This document shows positions 10,168-20,573 of a DNA stretch of 64,000 nucleotides, in pieces. How positions within the stretch are numbered: the first letter of the stretch is position 1; every line of letters begins with the position of its first letter. The stretch spans positions 42,721 to 106,720 of the forward strand of contig JAJCZS010000037.1 of assembly GCA_029262275.1 (NCBI GenBank). The letters are read 5' to 3'. The stretch comes from Deltaproteobacteria bacterium (lineage in GTDB: Bacteria; Desulfobacterota_D; UBA1144; Nemesobacterales; UBA2774). The translations under genes and the position numbers were made by a program. Below the pieces are notes generated by a model. That model was not told the origin of the DNA and searched no databases. It saw nothing but the letters and a program-made list of their open reading frames with translations.

Positions 10168-12618
10168 TTAAGCCGAACCATTTCCCTTTTTATTGGTAGT
10201 GTTTTGTCTTCCAAATTTGCGGTAATCCTCTGCAAACTCTCTTAGCTTTTTATCTACTAAATAATTAACGCTACCAGTTTTAAATTTGCCTGTGCTGCCT
10301 CTTGTACCAGCTTCCTTTCCTGTAAGAAGCTCTATCGCTTGATCTACTGATTCCACTGGATATACATGGAATATTTTATCTTTCACAGCTTGAACAACTT
10401 CTTTTTTTAACATTAGATTCTTAACATTTTGGTGAGGTATGATTACTCCCTGCTCACCAGTCAGTCCTTTGGCCTTACACACATCATAAAAGCCCTCTAC
10501 TTTTTCGTTCACTCCACCTATGGGTTGTATCTGTCCTTTCTGGTTGACCGATCCCGTAATTGCAAAACTCTGCTTAATAGGCACCCCGGATAGACTTGAT
10601 AAAAGTACTACTAATTCAGCAGTTGAGGCGCTGTCACCGTCAATAACCTCGTAGCTTTGCTCAAACCCTATACTCCCTGATAGGCTCAGGGGTTTGTTTT
10701 GAGCATATTTTGTCCCTATGTAGCCGCTTAGTATCATGACCCCTTTATCATGAATGTTGCCACTTAGTTTCGCCCTACGGTCAATGTTTATAAGTCCCTC
10801 AGTGCCCATATATGTTTCACAGGTGATTCTAGATGGCTTGCCAAAGGCATAGTCACCTATGTTATAGACTGCAAGGCCATTAATTTGTCCAACGACAAGG
10901 CCTTGCGTATCCACCAAGATGATTCCCTTAGCAATCATCTCCTGGATCTTCTCTTCAATCATGTTGGATCTATATATTTTTTCCTCTATAGCTTTTTCTA
11001 CATGAGCTCTCTTTATTGATTTACTGTTGTTGTCTAGCTTTGCCCAGTAGTTAGACTCATGTAGGATTTTTGTAATTGATCCCAACTGAACTGATAGTTT
11101 GTTTTGATCTCCAGCAAGTCTGGAGGAGTATTCAATAACTGTCTCAACGCCACCTCTATCAAATTTAGTAAGCCCGTCTCTATCACAAGCTGACTTTATG
11201 TAGCATGCATATTGAGAGAGAATGTTGTCCTCTCTATCCACTATATAGTCGAAATCAGCTTTTGCTTTAAACAGTTTTCGGAAGTCCTCATCGTATGCGT
11301 AGAGCATATGGTAGAGCTGAGAGTTTCCAGCAATTATTACTTTTATGTCCAGTTTTACTGGTTCTGGTCTGATCCCCACAGTGCTTGAAAAACCATATTG
11401 CTGATATACGTCCTCGATCCTTAGCTCTTGGTTTTCAAGAGCCTTTTTCAGAGAGTCCCAAACAAATGGGTACTTAAATAAATCGAGTGCATCTATTACC
11501 AAATATCCACCGCTTGCCTTGGCCATAGACCCTGGTCTGATCATAGTAAAATCTGTCACCAATGCTCCAAACCTTGCTTCTTTCTCTATTGACCCAAATA
11601 AATTTGTATAGGTAGGGTGTGTTTCAAAGATTACGGGAGCACCCTGGGTGTTTGAATTATCAATAAATGCATTCACCTTGTATTCCGTAAATGTGGGTTC
11701 TTGCTGAGGCATTCTAAATGGCATTGGAGCTCCAACAGGCCCCCCGGCCCCAGCAGGTGTTCCTTTGGCGGGGAGAAAATTGTCTATGTTTTCTAGAATG
11801 TGTTTTTGGAGCTGATCAAAATGGTCAATTACCTCATCATAATCTTTATATTTTTCTCTTATGCTATCAATGAGACCGCGTACTGAAAATAGAGCAACCT
11901 TCTTTTCAAGCTCCTTTACCTTTTCTCCAGCTTCCTTTTCGAGTTTACGTGCAATTTTTAGCACTTCGGCAACTTCTATATCAACTTTTTCTTTTCTGGC
12001 TTTAATTCTATTCCTAGTTTCTTCGTCCAGCGAGTTGTAATTTTCCTGTGTTGCCGGTTTTCCCTCGACAATGGGTATTGTCATTATCCCCGTTGGTGAA
12101 AACTGAACCTGTATCTCACGCTCTTTCGCCTTTTTTTGAAGCTCTTCAAAGAGATCGTTTTTCTCTCTCTGAACTTTGTTCATTGTATTTTGTTTTTGTT
12201 CTTCAAACTCCTTACCCTCAAAAGCTCTTGGAATATCCATCTTGAGATCCTGAAGGAAATCTTCCATGTCGTCTCTAAGCTCTTTTCCTTTACCCTTAGG
12301 AAGTTTAATTGCTCTTGGTTCATTAGGGTCATTAAAGTTAAATACGTAGCACCAGTCGGGAGGATTCGGCTTATTCTTGGCAATTGAAGCAAGTATGTTC
12401 TCGATTGTCGTAGTTTTGCCCACACCCATAGGTCCTGAGAGATATAAATTGTATCCCGCAAATTCCATTCCCAGGCCAAAATGAATTGCCTCTACAGCTC
12501 TTTCTTGTCCAATATAGTCTGTACAGGGAGTTAAATCATCGGTGGTTTTAAACTTAAGAGATCTTAAATCGCAAGTCTTATAAACTTGAGCTGGTTTTAG
12601 TTCTTTTACTTTTCTCAT
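10168..12618 (-). CDS. Lon-family protease, LonC-like architecture
   Basis: GQERA, P-loop GPMGVGKT, coiled-coil insert; catalytic DGDSAS (Ser) and GGVNEK (Lys). Confidence 0.9.
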   Translation of the reverse strand: MRKVKELKPAQVYKTCDLRSLKFKTTDDLTPCTDYIGQERAVEAIHFGLGMEFAGYNLYLSGPMGVGKTTTIENILASIAKNKPNPPDWCYVFNFNDPNEPRAIKLPKGKGKELRDDMEDFLQDLKMDIPRAFEGKEFEEQKQNTMNKVQREKNDLFEELQKKAKEREIQVQFSPTGIMTIPIVEGKPATQENYNSLDEETRNRIKARKEKVDIEVAEVLKIARKLEKEAGEKVKELEKKVALFSVRGLIDSIREKYKDYDEVIDHFDQLQKHILENIDNFLPAKGTPAGAGGPVGAPMPFRMPQQEPTFTEYKVNAFIDNSNTQGAPVIFETHPTYTNLFGSIEKEARFGALVTDFTMIRPGSMAKASGGYLVIDALDLFKYPFVWDSLKKALENQELRIEDVYQQYGFSSTVGIRPEPVKLDIKVIIAGNSQLYHMLYAYDEDFRKLFKAKADFDYIVDREDNILSQYACYIKSACDRDGLTKFDRGGVETVIEYSSRLAGDQNKLSVQLGSITKILHESNYWAKLDNNSKSIKRAHVEKAIEEKIYRSNMIEEKIQEMIAKGIILVDTQGLVVGQINGLAVYNIGDYAFGKPSRITCETYMGTEGLINIDRRAKLSGNIHDKGVMILSGYIGTKYAQNKPLSLSGSIGFEQSYEVIDGDSASTAELVVLLSSLSGVPIKQSFAITGSVNQKGQIQPIGGVNEKVEGFYDVCKAKGLTGEQGVIIPHQNVKNLMLKKEVVQAVKDKIFHVYPVESVDQAIELLTGKEAGTRGSTGKFKTGSVNYLVDKKLREFAEDYRKFGRQNTTNKKGNGSA

Positions 12619-12805
12619 TAATTTTCCTCACAATTTTATAACTTTATTATTGCAGGTAATAAAGAACATACTACCATTTAGTAAAAAGCTATTAAAGAGA
12701 AATACCCTGTTTTAGCAGGAGCTAATATATTAATATTGATTGGAATTAGCTAGACTTATAATATATTTAAATTCTAAGCAGAAATAAGATTGAGAGGAGA
12801 TATAC

Positions 12806-13867
12806 ATGAAAGCTACTGTTTATCATGGATTAAAAAGCGTAAGTGTTGATGAAGTTCCTGATCCGGTTATTGAGAATCCAACTGATGTAATAGTAAAAGT
12901 TACTAAGGGTGCAATATGTGGCTCAGACCTTCATATTTATAGAGGCCATTTTCCTTTAAATGATGGAGATACTGTTGGACACGAATTTGTGGGACGTATT
13001 GAGGAAGTAGGCAGTGAGGTCAGCTCACTCAAAAAAGGTGATAAAGTAATCGGACCATTTTGGGTAGGCTGTGGACATTGTCATTACTGTCAAAAGGGTC
13101 TTCATACTTCCTGTACACGACAGGGTGGAGGGTGCTTTGGATTTGGAGACTTGCTCGGAGGACACCCAGGGTGTCAGGCAGAATACATCAAGGTTTCACA
13201 CGCTGACGCAACCCTGGTAAAACCACCAGATAGTCTTTCAGATGACAGTCAGGATGAGAAGACTTTATTTTTGGGAGATAATATTTGTACTGGTTATCAT
13301 GGGGCGAAGAATGGAAATATAGAATCTGGAGATGTAGTAGTAGTATATGGCGACGGGGCTGTAGGTTTGTTTGCTACCTATGCCGCAACTATCTTTAATC
13401 CTTCACAAGTAATTACAATTGGTCATCATGATTACAGACTTGATATTGCCAAAAAGTACGGAGCTACAACTGTCATTAACTCAAAAAATGAAGATCCAAA
13501 TGAACTAGTAAAGGAATTAAGTGATGGACATGGGGCAAATGTTGTAATTGAGTGCGTAGGTAACACAGATTCTCTGCAATCCTCACTTGATATGTCTCGA
13601 CCTGGGGGAACTGTCTCTATAACAGGGCTCTTCTGGGAACCGTTTCCTCTTAATATGACAGATTTTTTCCTTAGGAATCTGAATTTACGAGGAGGCGTAG
13701 CCCCTACTAGGAGTTACATTCCTGAGCTTATCTCGCACGTAGAGGATGGCAGATTAGATCCTACTCATGTTATATCTCACAGACTACCTTTGGATGAATG
13801 CCCAAGGGGTTATGAGTTGATGGATCAGAGAATAGATAATGCGATTAAAGTCGTAATAGAGCCGTAA
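12806..13867 (+). CDS. Zn-dependent alcohol/aldehyde dehydrogenase (MDR family)
   Basis: CGSDLH, GHEFVG, structural Zn CGHCHYC..C, GDGAVG. Confidence 0.92.
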   Translation: MKATVYHGLKSVSVDEVPDPVIENPTDVIVKVTKGAICGSDLHIYRGHFPLNDGDTVGHEFVGRIEEVGSEVSSLKKGDKVIGPFWVGCGHCHYCQKGLHTSCTRQGGGCFGFGDLLGGHPGCQAEYIKVSHADATLVKPPDSLSDDSQDEKTLFLGDNICTGYHGAKNGNIESGDVVVVYGDGAVGLFATYAATIFNPSQVITIGHHDYRLDIAKKYGATTVINSKNEDPNELVKELSDGHGANVVIECVGNTDSLQSSLDMSRPGGTVSITGLFWEPFPLNMTDFFLRNLNLRGGVAPTRSYIPELISHVEDGRLDPTHVISHRLPLDECPRGYELMDQRIDNAIKVVIEP

Positions 13868-13894
13868 TTAACTGCAAATAAAAAATAATTTAGA

Positions 13895-13932
13895 GCTCGG
13901 TGTCTGTTTGCATCTGATATCGGGCCTTTTTT
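13895..13932 (+). terminator. Probable intrinsic terminator
   Basis: GCTCGGTGTC pairs with GATATCGGGC (with G-U pairs), followed by CTTTTTT. Confidence 0.55.
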
Positions 13933-13934
13933 AT

Positions 13935-14684
13935 TTAACTCAACCGATGTTGGCTATAGATTTCGCGAACCCACTTAATTGATGGGCGGTTTTTCCAAGA
14001 TTCAATGTCCTCAACCATTAGTGGTGGAAGTTTATTGAACTCATAGACCGGATGTTCGTTGGGAACCGTAAGAGGTGCAAGCAAGCTAGCTGCTGTTATG
14101 TCAGCGCGTGAGAACTTATCCCCTACAAGATATGTCCTCCCATCAGAGAGCAGACCATCCATCCAGTCAAGCTCACCCAAGACAATTTCTCTTGATTCCA
14201 AGCGTTGATCTGGTCCCAAATCCATAAACTCTATCATTCTTCTTTGTATAACACCCCACATTACATAAAAAATCATCTTCCTCACAAATGGCAGATCTTT
14301 TGAATAAACTGCTCGCACAGACTTTGGATACTCAACAAGAGATTCTGAGTAAAAGTACCTACGCACATGTACTCCAGCAATATCATCGATCCGTTTCTCG
14401 ATTTCATGGCAGTCCTCTATATTCTCTGGGGTCAAGCACCTAGACTCTTCTTTTTTTTTGGCCTCTGCCCAGTCAAAGATTTTTTCTGAACCTTGCAGAA
14501 GTTCACCGTCGGCTACCAATATGGGGAGAGACGTGCCAGGGGCCCCTAGTTTTTTAGCTACCTGCATATGTATGCCCGGTTGCAGATATTGGACGTCATA
14601 GTCGAAACCATGATGATCGAGTGTCCAGCGAGCCTTCTCGCAAAAGTGTGATATAGAAAATATATACAGAATCGGTTTTGACAT
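13935..14684 (-). CDS. Glutathione S-transferase family protein
   Basis: ISHFCEKARW.L, LPIL...GS..I, YLVGD.FS.ADIT motifs. Confidence 0.88.
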   Translation of the reverse strand: MSKPILYIFSISHFCEKARWTLDHHGFDYDVQYLQPGIHMQVAKKLGAPGTSLPILVADGELLQGSEKIFDWAEAKKKEESRCLTPENIEDCHEIEKRIDDIAGVHVRRYFYSESLVEYPKSVRAVYSKDLPFVRKMIFYVMWGVIQRRMIEFMDLGPDQRLESREIVLGELDWMDGLLSDGRTYLVGDKFSRADITAASLLAPLTVPNEHPVYEFNKLPPLMVEDIESWKNRPSIKWVREIYSQHRLS

Positions 14685-14787
14685 TGTGTGATCTCTTGTT
14701 CTTTATGTTAAAGATAGCATAGACAAAAGGATGTTGGATGAATTTTGACGATTTTTCTTTAGAAAGACTCTTTAAAATATCATTATT

Positions 14788-15840
14788 TTGATTAAGATTA
14801 TTCCTTCAAACTTATTCTTTATAAAATGTGGAAGGAAGATTATCTTGAAAGTTGCTCAAATTTTTTATGTCCTATTTTTACTATTAGTCCTCTCATGCGC
14901 AGGACCTTCGGCAACAAATGTTGCAAATAAGGAAATGGGCACACTCTTTCCTATTGCAGAGGATAATAATTGGGGATATATAAATAAGCAGGGTGATGTG
15001 GTTATTCCGCTTAAGTATGAGGGTGCAGTGGATTTCTCGGAGGGTAGGGCCCTTGTTAAAAAGAACGGAAAGTGGGGCTACATAAACGAGTGGGATATAT
15101 TGGTAATTACACCTCAATACGAAGAGGCTCGCAAGTTTTCGGACGGTCTTGCTTATGTAAAAGTCGATGGTGCTTATGGATATATAAATAGTTTAGGCAA
15201 AATGGTAATAGAACCTAGGTTTGAAAAGGCTACCCCATTCTCAGAGGGCCTTGCAAGTGTGAAATACAATGGCCAGTGGGGATATATAAATAAAGCCGGA
15301 GAAACCGTTGTAGAGCCGCAGTATGATAATGCATTTGCTTTCTCCGAAGGAAGAGCTCTTGTCATGAAAGATGGTCTCGGAGGATACATTAAAAAAAGTG
15401 GTAAGGTTTTCATAAAGCCCCAGTTCCCATATGCTGAAGGGTATTCTGAGGGGCTCGCAAGTGTTCAAAAAAATGGTAGGTATGTGTACCTAGATAGATT
15501 CGGTGAGGTTAAACTGAAAACAGATTTTGAATCTGCACGGCACTTTAGCGAAGGAGTGGCTGCAGTGTCACGCGGTGGAAAGTTTGGGTTTATAAATAAA
15601 ACCGGGCTACTCGTTGTACAACCAGAATTTGATCAAGTGGGCAATTTCTCTGAAGGTATAGCATCAATCAAAATAGACAATAAATGGGGATATGTGAACA
15701 AAAGGGGAAAGGTGGTAATTGAGCCACAGTTTGCGAGTGCTATTAGTTTTTCTGGCGGTCTTGCAATTGTAGAGCTAGGCGGAGGAAAGTGGGCTTATAT
15801 TGATAAAAAAGGTAATTTTATTTGGAAATCATTTGAGTAA
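14788..15840 (+). CDS. WG-repeat lipoprotein
   Basis: About 7 repeats of ~44 aa (WGYIN..G..VI.P.Y..A..FSEG.A.V); lipobox LVLSC. True start is probably about 20 codons downstream. Confidence 0.88.
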   Translation: MIKIIPSNLFFIKCGRKIILKVAQIFYVLFLLLVLSCAGPSATNVANKEMGTLFPIAEDNNWGYINKQGDVVIPLKYEGAVDFSEGRALVKKNGKWGYINEWDILVITPQYEEARKFSDGLAYVKVDGAYGYINSLGKMVIEPRFEKATPFSEGLASVKYNGQWGYINKAGETVVEPQYDNAFAFSEGRALVMKDGLGGYIKKSGKVFIKPQFPYAEGYSEGLASVQKNGRYVYLDRFGEVKLKTDFESARHFSEGVAAVSRGGKFGFINKTGLLVVQPEFDQVGNFSEGIASIKIDNKWGYVNKRGKVVIEPQFASAISFSGGLAIVELGGGKWAYIDKKGNFIWKSFE

Positions 15841-15866
15841 ACAGCACTTTAGATAAACAAATATTC

Positions 15867-16811
15867 TTAAGTTATAGACTCCTTCTTTTTAAGATTATGC
15901 TCAAGGATTTTACTTTCAGGCTTAGACTTCTTCTTACCAATTAGCCATCCTGTAGAGGCTAGTATGAATATCATTCCGATTATAGTTGTAGGACTAAAGA
16001 CATAATGCCAGATTAGTAAATCATAGCCAGCAGAGAAACCCACTTTAATAAAACTTGCAGAAGCCACACTTGGCGCCTCACCAACTGAAAATGCTTTTGT
16101 CATGGCAAGCTGGCCTATTGTTCCAAAGACCCCAACTCCAAGAAGCATAAAAATGATATTTGTATTGTTAATTACCGATAGATCAACCTCACCACGAACA
16201 GAAAACAGAGTGATTAGTGTAATGATCGTTGCAGTTCCCGAGAAGTGAGTGACAATAACTCTAGGGTCTAAATCCTTTAATTTTCTTAAGCAGATCATAA
16301 CTACCGCTCCACCTATTGCCGCATAGACTGCCATTAGACTTGCAAAATTCTGCTCCATAATTCTTGGGTGCTCAACTAGAATTACACCTACCATACCAAA
16401 AATTATTGAAAGCCATATTTTCTTGCCCGTTGTTTCTCCTAGTATGTATCCCGCCACTAATGCTACCCATATGGGTCTTGTTTCTGTGATAATTGCGATC
16501 TCGGATATTGGCAGTTTGGTAAGAGCATAAAATGTTGCCAGCATAGCGGAGCTTCCAACAAAGCTTCTGAGCCATAGTGTTCGGTTATTTAAGACAAATG
16601 GGTTGATTCCTGCAGCTCTTGCAAGACCAAAGGTTATAACAAAAGAGATAAGCATTCTAAAAAATGCTATTATCAGCCAGTCGCAGTGTTTGCCGAGCTC
16701 ATGGGTAAGAGCACCCATAGTGGCGAACGCAAATCCTCCGAAAACCATCCAAAGGATGCCTTTGTTGTTGGATGTGAATTGAAGACGCGAAGCTATGCTC
16801 TTATTTATCAT
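15867..16811 (-). CDS. DMT/EamA family transporter
   Basis: About 10 TM helices in two halves; FYAL..LP and ILGE motifs. Confidence 0.88.
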   Translation of the reverse strand: MINKSIASRLQFTSNNKGILWMVFGGFAFATMGALTHELGKHCDWLIIAFFRMLISFVITFGLARAAGINPFVLNNRTLWLRSFVGSSAMLATFYALTKLPISEIAIITETRPIWVALVAGYILGETTGKKIWLSIIFGMVGVILVEHPRIMEQNFASLMAVYAAIGGAVVMICLRKLKDLDPRVIVTHFSGTATIITLITLFSVRGEVDLSVINNTNIIFMLLGVGVFGTIGQLAMTKAFSVGEAPSVASASFIKVGFSAGYDLLIWHYVFSPTTIIGMIFILASTGWLIGKKKSKPESKILEHNLKKKESIT

Positions 16812-16950
16812 AATTAATGACTATTCCCAATAGCTCTTTATTTTTCCTTTAATTGTATAGAGTTGATGCTCTAAGTAATTCTTGTTAGGAGAAATGTTAG
16901 GACCTAATAATAGTTTACCTAATAAAAATTTAGGTGTTGTTGTTTGTAGC

Positions 16951-17751
16951 CTACATATCACTTAGTATGTCTTGCAAACGATATATAGCATAGTCAGGTT
17001 TGATGTCGGAGTTAACTAGCTCCTCTTCAGTAATTGGGTCGGATAGGACTAATATAGTTGATACACCAGCGTTTTTACCGCCTAGTATATCTGTATCTAG
17101 GTGGTCTCCTATAATAACTGTCCTTTCTCTTTCATGATCATGCTGGTCAAGCGCTATATCGAACATTAAGTTTTCAGGTTTGCCGGCAGTTATTGCTCTT
17201 TTGCCGGAGGCAACTTCAATTGAAGCTAGCATAGCTCCTGTGGCAGGAATATGCCCTTCAATTGTTGGGTATACCATATCACGATTTGTGGCAAAGAAAT
17301 GTGCGCCATTTGCAATTGCAAGAGTTGCGAGCTTCATTTCATCATAGTGAAATTCCGGATGACCTCCAAAGACCAAGAAATCAGCCTTCTTAGCTTCTTC
17401 GCCCTCAACAAGGCTTAACCCAATAGATTCAATCTCTTTTTTAAGAGAGCTGCTTCCAATAACAAACGCTTTTTTAAGTTCTAGATCGCTATATGTAAAT
17501 TTAATATGACGAGCTAGGGCAGTGGCCGAGGTGATAATATTGAGGGAAGCTCCCTCAATGCCCATCTGATTAAGTTTATCTGAGTACTCAGAAATGTTAT
17601 GTCTTGGGTTGTTAGTTAAAAATATGACAGTCTTGTTGTTATTTAGTAAATATTTGATAGTTTCTACAGAACCCGGAACAGCGGAGTCCCCTATATATAC
17701 TACTCCGTCTAAATCTATAAGAAAGCAATCAAATAAGTCTACTAATCTCAT
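16951..17751 (-). CDS. HAD-IIA (NagD-like) phosphatase
   Basis: DLDGVVY, LTNN, GKP, IGDHLDTDI. Confidence 0.92.
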   Translation of the reverse strand: MRLVDLFDCFLIDLDGVVYIGDSAVPGSVETIKYLLNNNKTVIFLTNNPRHNISEYSDKLNQMGIEGASLNIITSATALARHIKFTYSDLELKKAFVIGSSSLKKEIESIGLSLVEGEEAKKADFLVFGGHPEFHYDEMKLATLAIANGAHFFATNRDMVYPTIEGHIPATGAMLASIEVASGKRAITAGKPENLMFDIALDQHDHERERTVIIGDHLDTDILGGKNAGVSTILVLSDPITEEELVNSDIKPDYAIYRLQDILSDM

Positions 17752-17820
17752 ATTGTTTTTGGTGGGAAATGTTTTTGCAGGTATATCAACAACTTGGGTA
17801 TATTTAGTTAAGGTAATACA

Positions 17821-18144
17821 TTAACCCCAAATATGCTGTTTTAATTCTTCCTGTTTATCGTCTTCATTCTCTCTATAGACCAGAGATATGACTCGCATTT
17901 CATCATCTTGTACTATCTCAACCTCTAGTAGGCTTAAAATTTCTACTGCCGCATCGCGGTAACCCTCATAGTACTCTTCTTCTTTCCCTGAAGCTTTGAT
18001 AGTTCTAGAGTCTAAATGCAAAGCTAAAGCTGCATATGCAATTGGCACTTTTTCATCAAGCTCAAGCTGATAATCCTCTAGCTCACCATTAAGCAAGTGG
18101 TTTTTCCATCCATCAATTACTCTATCTACAATCTCTTTTTTCAT
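17821..18144 (-). CDS. Hypothetical acidic protein
   Basis: 107-aa ORF with AAGG RBS, same orientation as neighbours; no recognised motif. Confidence 0.7.
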   Translation of the reverse strand: MKKEIVDRVIDGWKNHLLNGELEDYQLELDEKVPIAYAALALHLDSRTIKASGKEEEYYEGYRDAAVEILSLLEVEIVQDDEMRVISLVYRENEDDKQEELKQHIWG

Positions 18145-18241
18145 TTGTTCTACCTTATTTGTTATTTACTTTTATTCTTGGAGACTAAAATAGTATACTT
18201 AATTGGCATTATTTCAAAAGTTTCTAAGGTTGATTCTCTTA

Positions 18242-18652
18242 TTACTCTCTGCCTTGAAGCAACTTACTTGCCACAATAATATTATCCCTTCCAGCAGTCT
18301 CTGCTATCTTTATTGCCTCATCAAGAGTGACTTTGTTGGAAAGGGTCGCAAGCTTTAAAAGCATCGGAAGGTTCACTCCTGATATGACTTCAACTTTATT
18401 TTCCTCTAAGAAAGTCAAACTTATATTAGATGGTGTACCGCCAAACATATCTGTTACTAGTAGTGTTCCATCTTTAGCTTTAACTTTTTTTATAGCATTT
18501 TTAATATCCTGCTTAAAAGATTCGAACTCTTGATCTGGGTCTAGACATACGCTGCTGATTTTTACAGATGGTTTTGAGGATAGTACAAAATTTACGACAG
18601 ATATAAGTTCTTTTGCAAGCTCACCATGTGTTACTAAAACTATCCCAACCAT
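18242..18652 (-). CDS. PTS EIIA component, mannose/fructose type
   Basis: IVLVTHG (phospho-His), DMFGGTP.N, GVNLPML. Confidence 0.92.
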   Translation of the reverse strand: MVGIVLVTHGELAKELISVVNFVLSSKPSVKISSVCLDPDQEFESFKQDIKNAIKKVKAKDGTLLVTDMFGGTPSNISLTFLEENKVEVISGVNLPMLLKLATLSNKVTLDEAIKIAETAGRDNIIVASKLLQGRE

Positions 18653-18662
18653 TTATGCCTCC

Positions 18663-19514
18663 TTAATGCTTCGATATGTCCCTGTGCCTAGTTATTGGGG
18701 ACAGATGTTTGAAATGCTCTGCTAACTTATCAGTAATTGCCACTGATCGGTGTTTGCCTCCAGTGCATCCTATGGCAATAGTTAAGTAGGATTTTCCTTC
18801 CTTTTCATAATTAGGAACTAAATAATCTAGAAATTCAGTCATCTTCTCTACAAATATTATGGCTTCTTCTTTATTCATAATATAGTCTACGACTTCATTG
18901 TCAGTACCATTTAAGTCTTTTAAGCCCTCAATAAAATGAGGATTGGGTAGAAACCTCACATCAAATATCATATCTGCATCATTAGGTATACCATGTTTGA
19001 AGCCAAAAGAAATTATGTTTAATAAAATATTCTGGGAGTTGGTTTTGTTAAATTTGTTTTTGATAATTTCACTTAATTCATGAACATTTAGCTCTGAAGT
19101 ATCTATAGTATAGTTTGAGAGTTCTTTTAGTTTTCCAAGCATCTCTCTTTCCTTGGTAATTCCCTCTAAAATATTTCCATCATCTGAAAGAGGGTGTTTC
19201 CTTCTGGTTTCTTTGTATCTCTTTATAAGTGTTTGATCGGATGATTCTAGAAATATCATATCAACCGGGTAACCCCTTTTCTTAAATTCTTCAATCACAG
19301 TGGGTGCACTGTTAAAAGAAACCCGCTCGCGTATGTCGATTACCAATGCCACATTATTTATATCTTTGCCTGAATTCTCGCAGAGCTCTATGAAAGTTGG
19401 TAGAAGTGTCGGTGGGATGTTATCTACACAATAATATCCTAAGTCCTCAAGCACGTTTACCGCTGTGCTCTTGCCCGAGCCTGAGAGCCCGCTGATGATA
19501 ACCAAATTTGTCAT
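18663..19514 (-). CDS. rapZ: RNase adapter RapZ (YhbJ)
   Basis: GLSGSGKS, DNIP, ETRRKHP, FDVRFLPNP, GCTGGKHRSV. Confidence 0.96.
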   Translation of the reverse strand: MTNLVIISGLSGSGKSTAVNVLEDLGYYCVDNIPPTLLPTFIELCENSGKDINNVALVIDIRERVSFNSAPTVIEEFKKRGYPVDMIFLESSDQTLIKRYKETRRKHPLSDDGNILEGITKEREMLGKLKELSNYTIDTSELNVHELSEIIKNKFNKTNSQNILLNIISFGFKHGIPNDADMIFDVRFLPNPHFIEGLKDLNGTDNEVVDYIMNKEEAIIFVEKMTEFLDYLVPNYEKEGKSYLTIAIGCTGGKHRSVAITDKLAEHFKHLSPITRHRDISKH

Positions 19515-20080
19515 TTTATGTCTGCAGCTGTCTTCACATTCTCGAGTTGGTCTAAAATTCTTTCTTTAGCCTCTGAGTCAGATGATTTTAGTAACTGATT
19601 GAGCGCAGCTACTTCTAAGATCGTAGCAATGTTTCTACCAGGATTTACAGGAATTAGTAGATAAGGCAAATCTACCTCCATTATGTTGTAGTTTTTCTCT
19701 TCAATTCCCAGTCTATCATACTCGGTATTAGAATCCCACTTGGTAATCTCTATCACTATGTCTATCTGTTTTTCATTCATTACAGAATCAGCCCCATATA
19801 AATCCTTAATGTTTATTATGCCAAGTCCTCTTATTTCTATAAGGTGTTTCGTTCTATTGGGGGAGGTGCCTATTAATTTATCGGAACTTGATTTTGTTAC
19901 TATAACTACGTCATCGGATATGAGTTTTGAACCCCTTGATATTAGATCAAGGGCAGTATCACTTTTTCCGGCCCCGCTTTTTCCAATAATGAGAACTCCA
20001 AGTCCGCGAATCTCAAGCAAAACGCCGTGAGCTGTTGTAGCTAGAAGACAATCCTTTTTATTTGAGGTTTTTTCAGGCAT
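19511..20080 (-). CDS. hprK: HPr kinase/phosphorylase, short form (catalytic domain only)
   Basis: HGVL, GKSGAGKS, LISDD, IEIRGLGII, DRLG, PGRN..EVAA. Confidence 0.9.
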   Translation of the reverse strand: MPEKTSNKKDCLLATTAHGVLLEIRGLGVLIIGKSGAGKSDTALDLISRGSKLISDDVVIVTKSSSDKLIGTSPNRTKHLIEIRGLGIINIKDLYGADSVMNEKQIDIVIEITKWDSNTEYDRLGIEEKNYNIMEVDLPYLLIPVNPGRNIATILEVAALNQLLKSSDSEAKERILDQLENVKTAADIK

Positions 20081-20097
20081 TGGAGATGTTTACAGTT

Positions 20098-20559
20098 CTA
20101 ATACTTTTCGTCTTCGGTAATGATTGACTCAAATATTTCCTCACCAGTCTCATACTTCATTAATCTGGATCTAAATTCTGGTTCTTTAAAGATTTTTGAT
20201 ATTCTTGCTAAAAGCTGAATATGTGCTCCTGCTACCTCTTCGGGTGCAATGAGTGCAATGAAAAAGTGAGTGGGTTTTTTGTCCAATGATTCAAAAGCTA
20301 TTCCCTCAAGGCTTCTTCCGAACCCTATCACTATATCGTTGATACCACTTAGCTTTGCATGAGGTACTGCAACTCCGAAATCTACCGCGGTGCTGCACAG
20401 TTTCTCTCTCTCCATTAGGACTTCAACTAGTCTTTCATGGTTTATATTGGTATGTGTGTTTGATATGTTCTCAGAAAGCTCATTGATAACATCTTCTTTG
20501 CTATTTGAATTCAGCTTGGGTATTACAGTTGCTTCTTCTAAAAAATCTGCAAGTTTCAT
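20098..20559 (-). CDS. ptsN: PTS EIIA-Ntr-like protein
   Basis: RE...ST....GVAVPH, F.SLD..P motifs; follows rpoN-hpf. Confidence 0.85.
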   Translation of the reverse strand: MKLADFLEEATVIPKLNSNSKEDVINELSENISNTHTNINHERLVEVLMEREKLCSTAVDFGVAVPHAKLSGINDIVIGFGRSLEGIAFESLDKKPTHFFIALIAPEEVAGAHIQLLARISKIFKEPEFRSRLMKYETGEEIFESIITEDEKY

Positions 20560-20573
20560 AGTGAGTTATAGGG

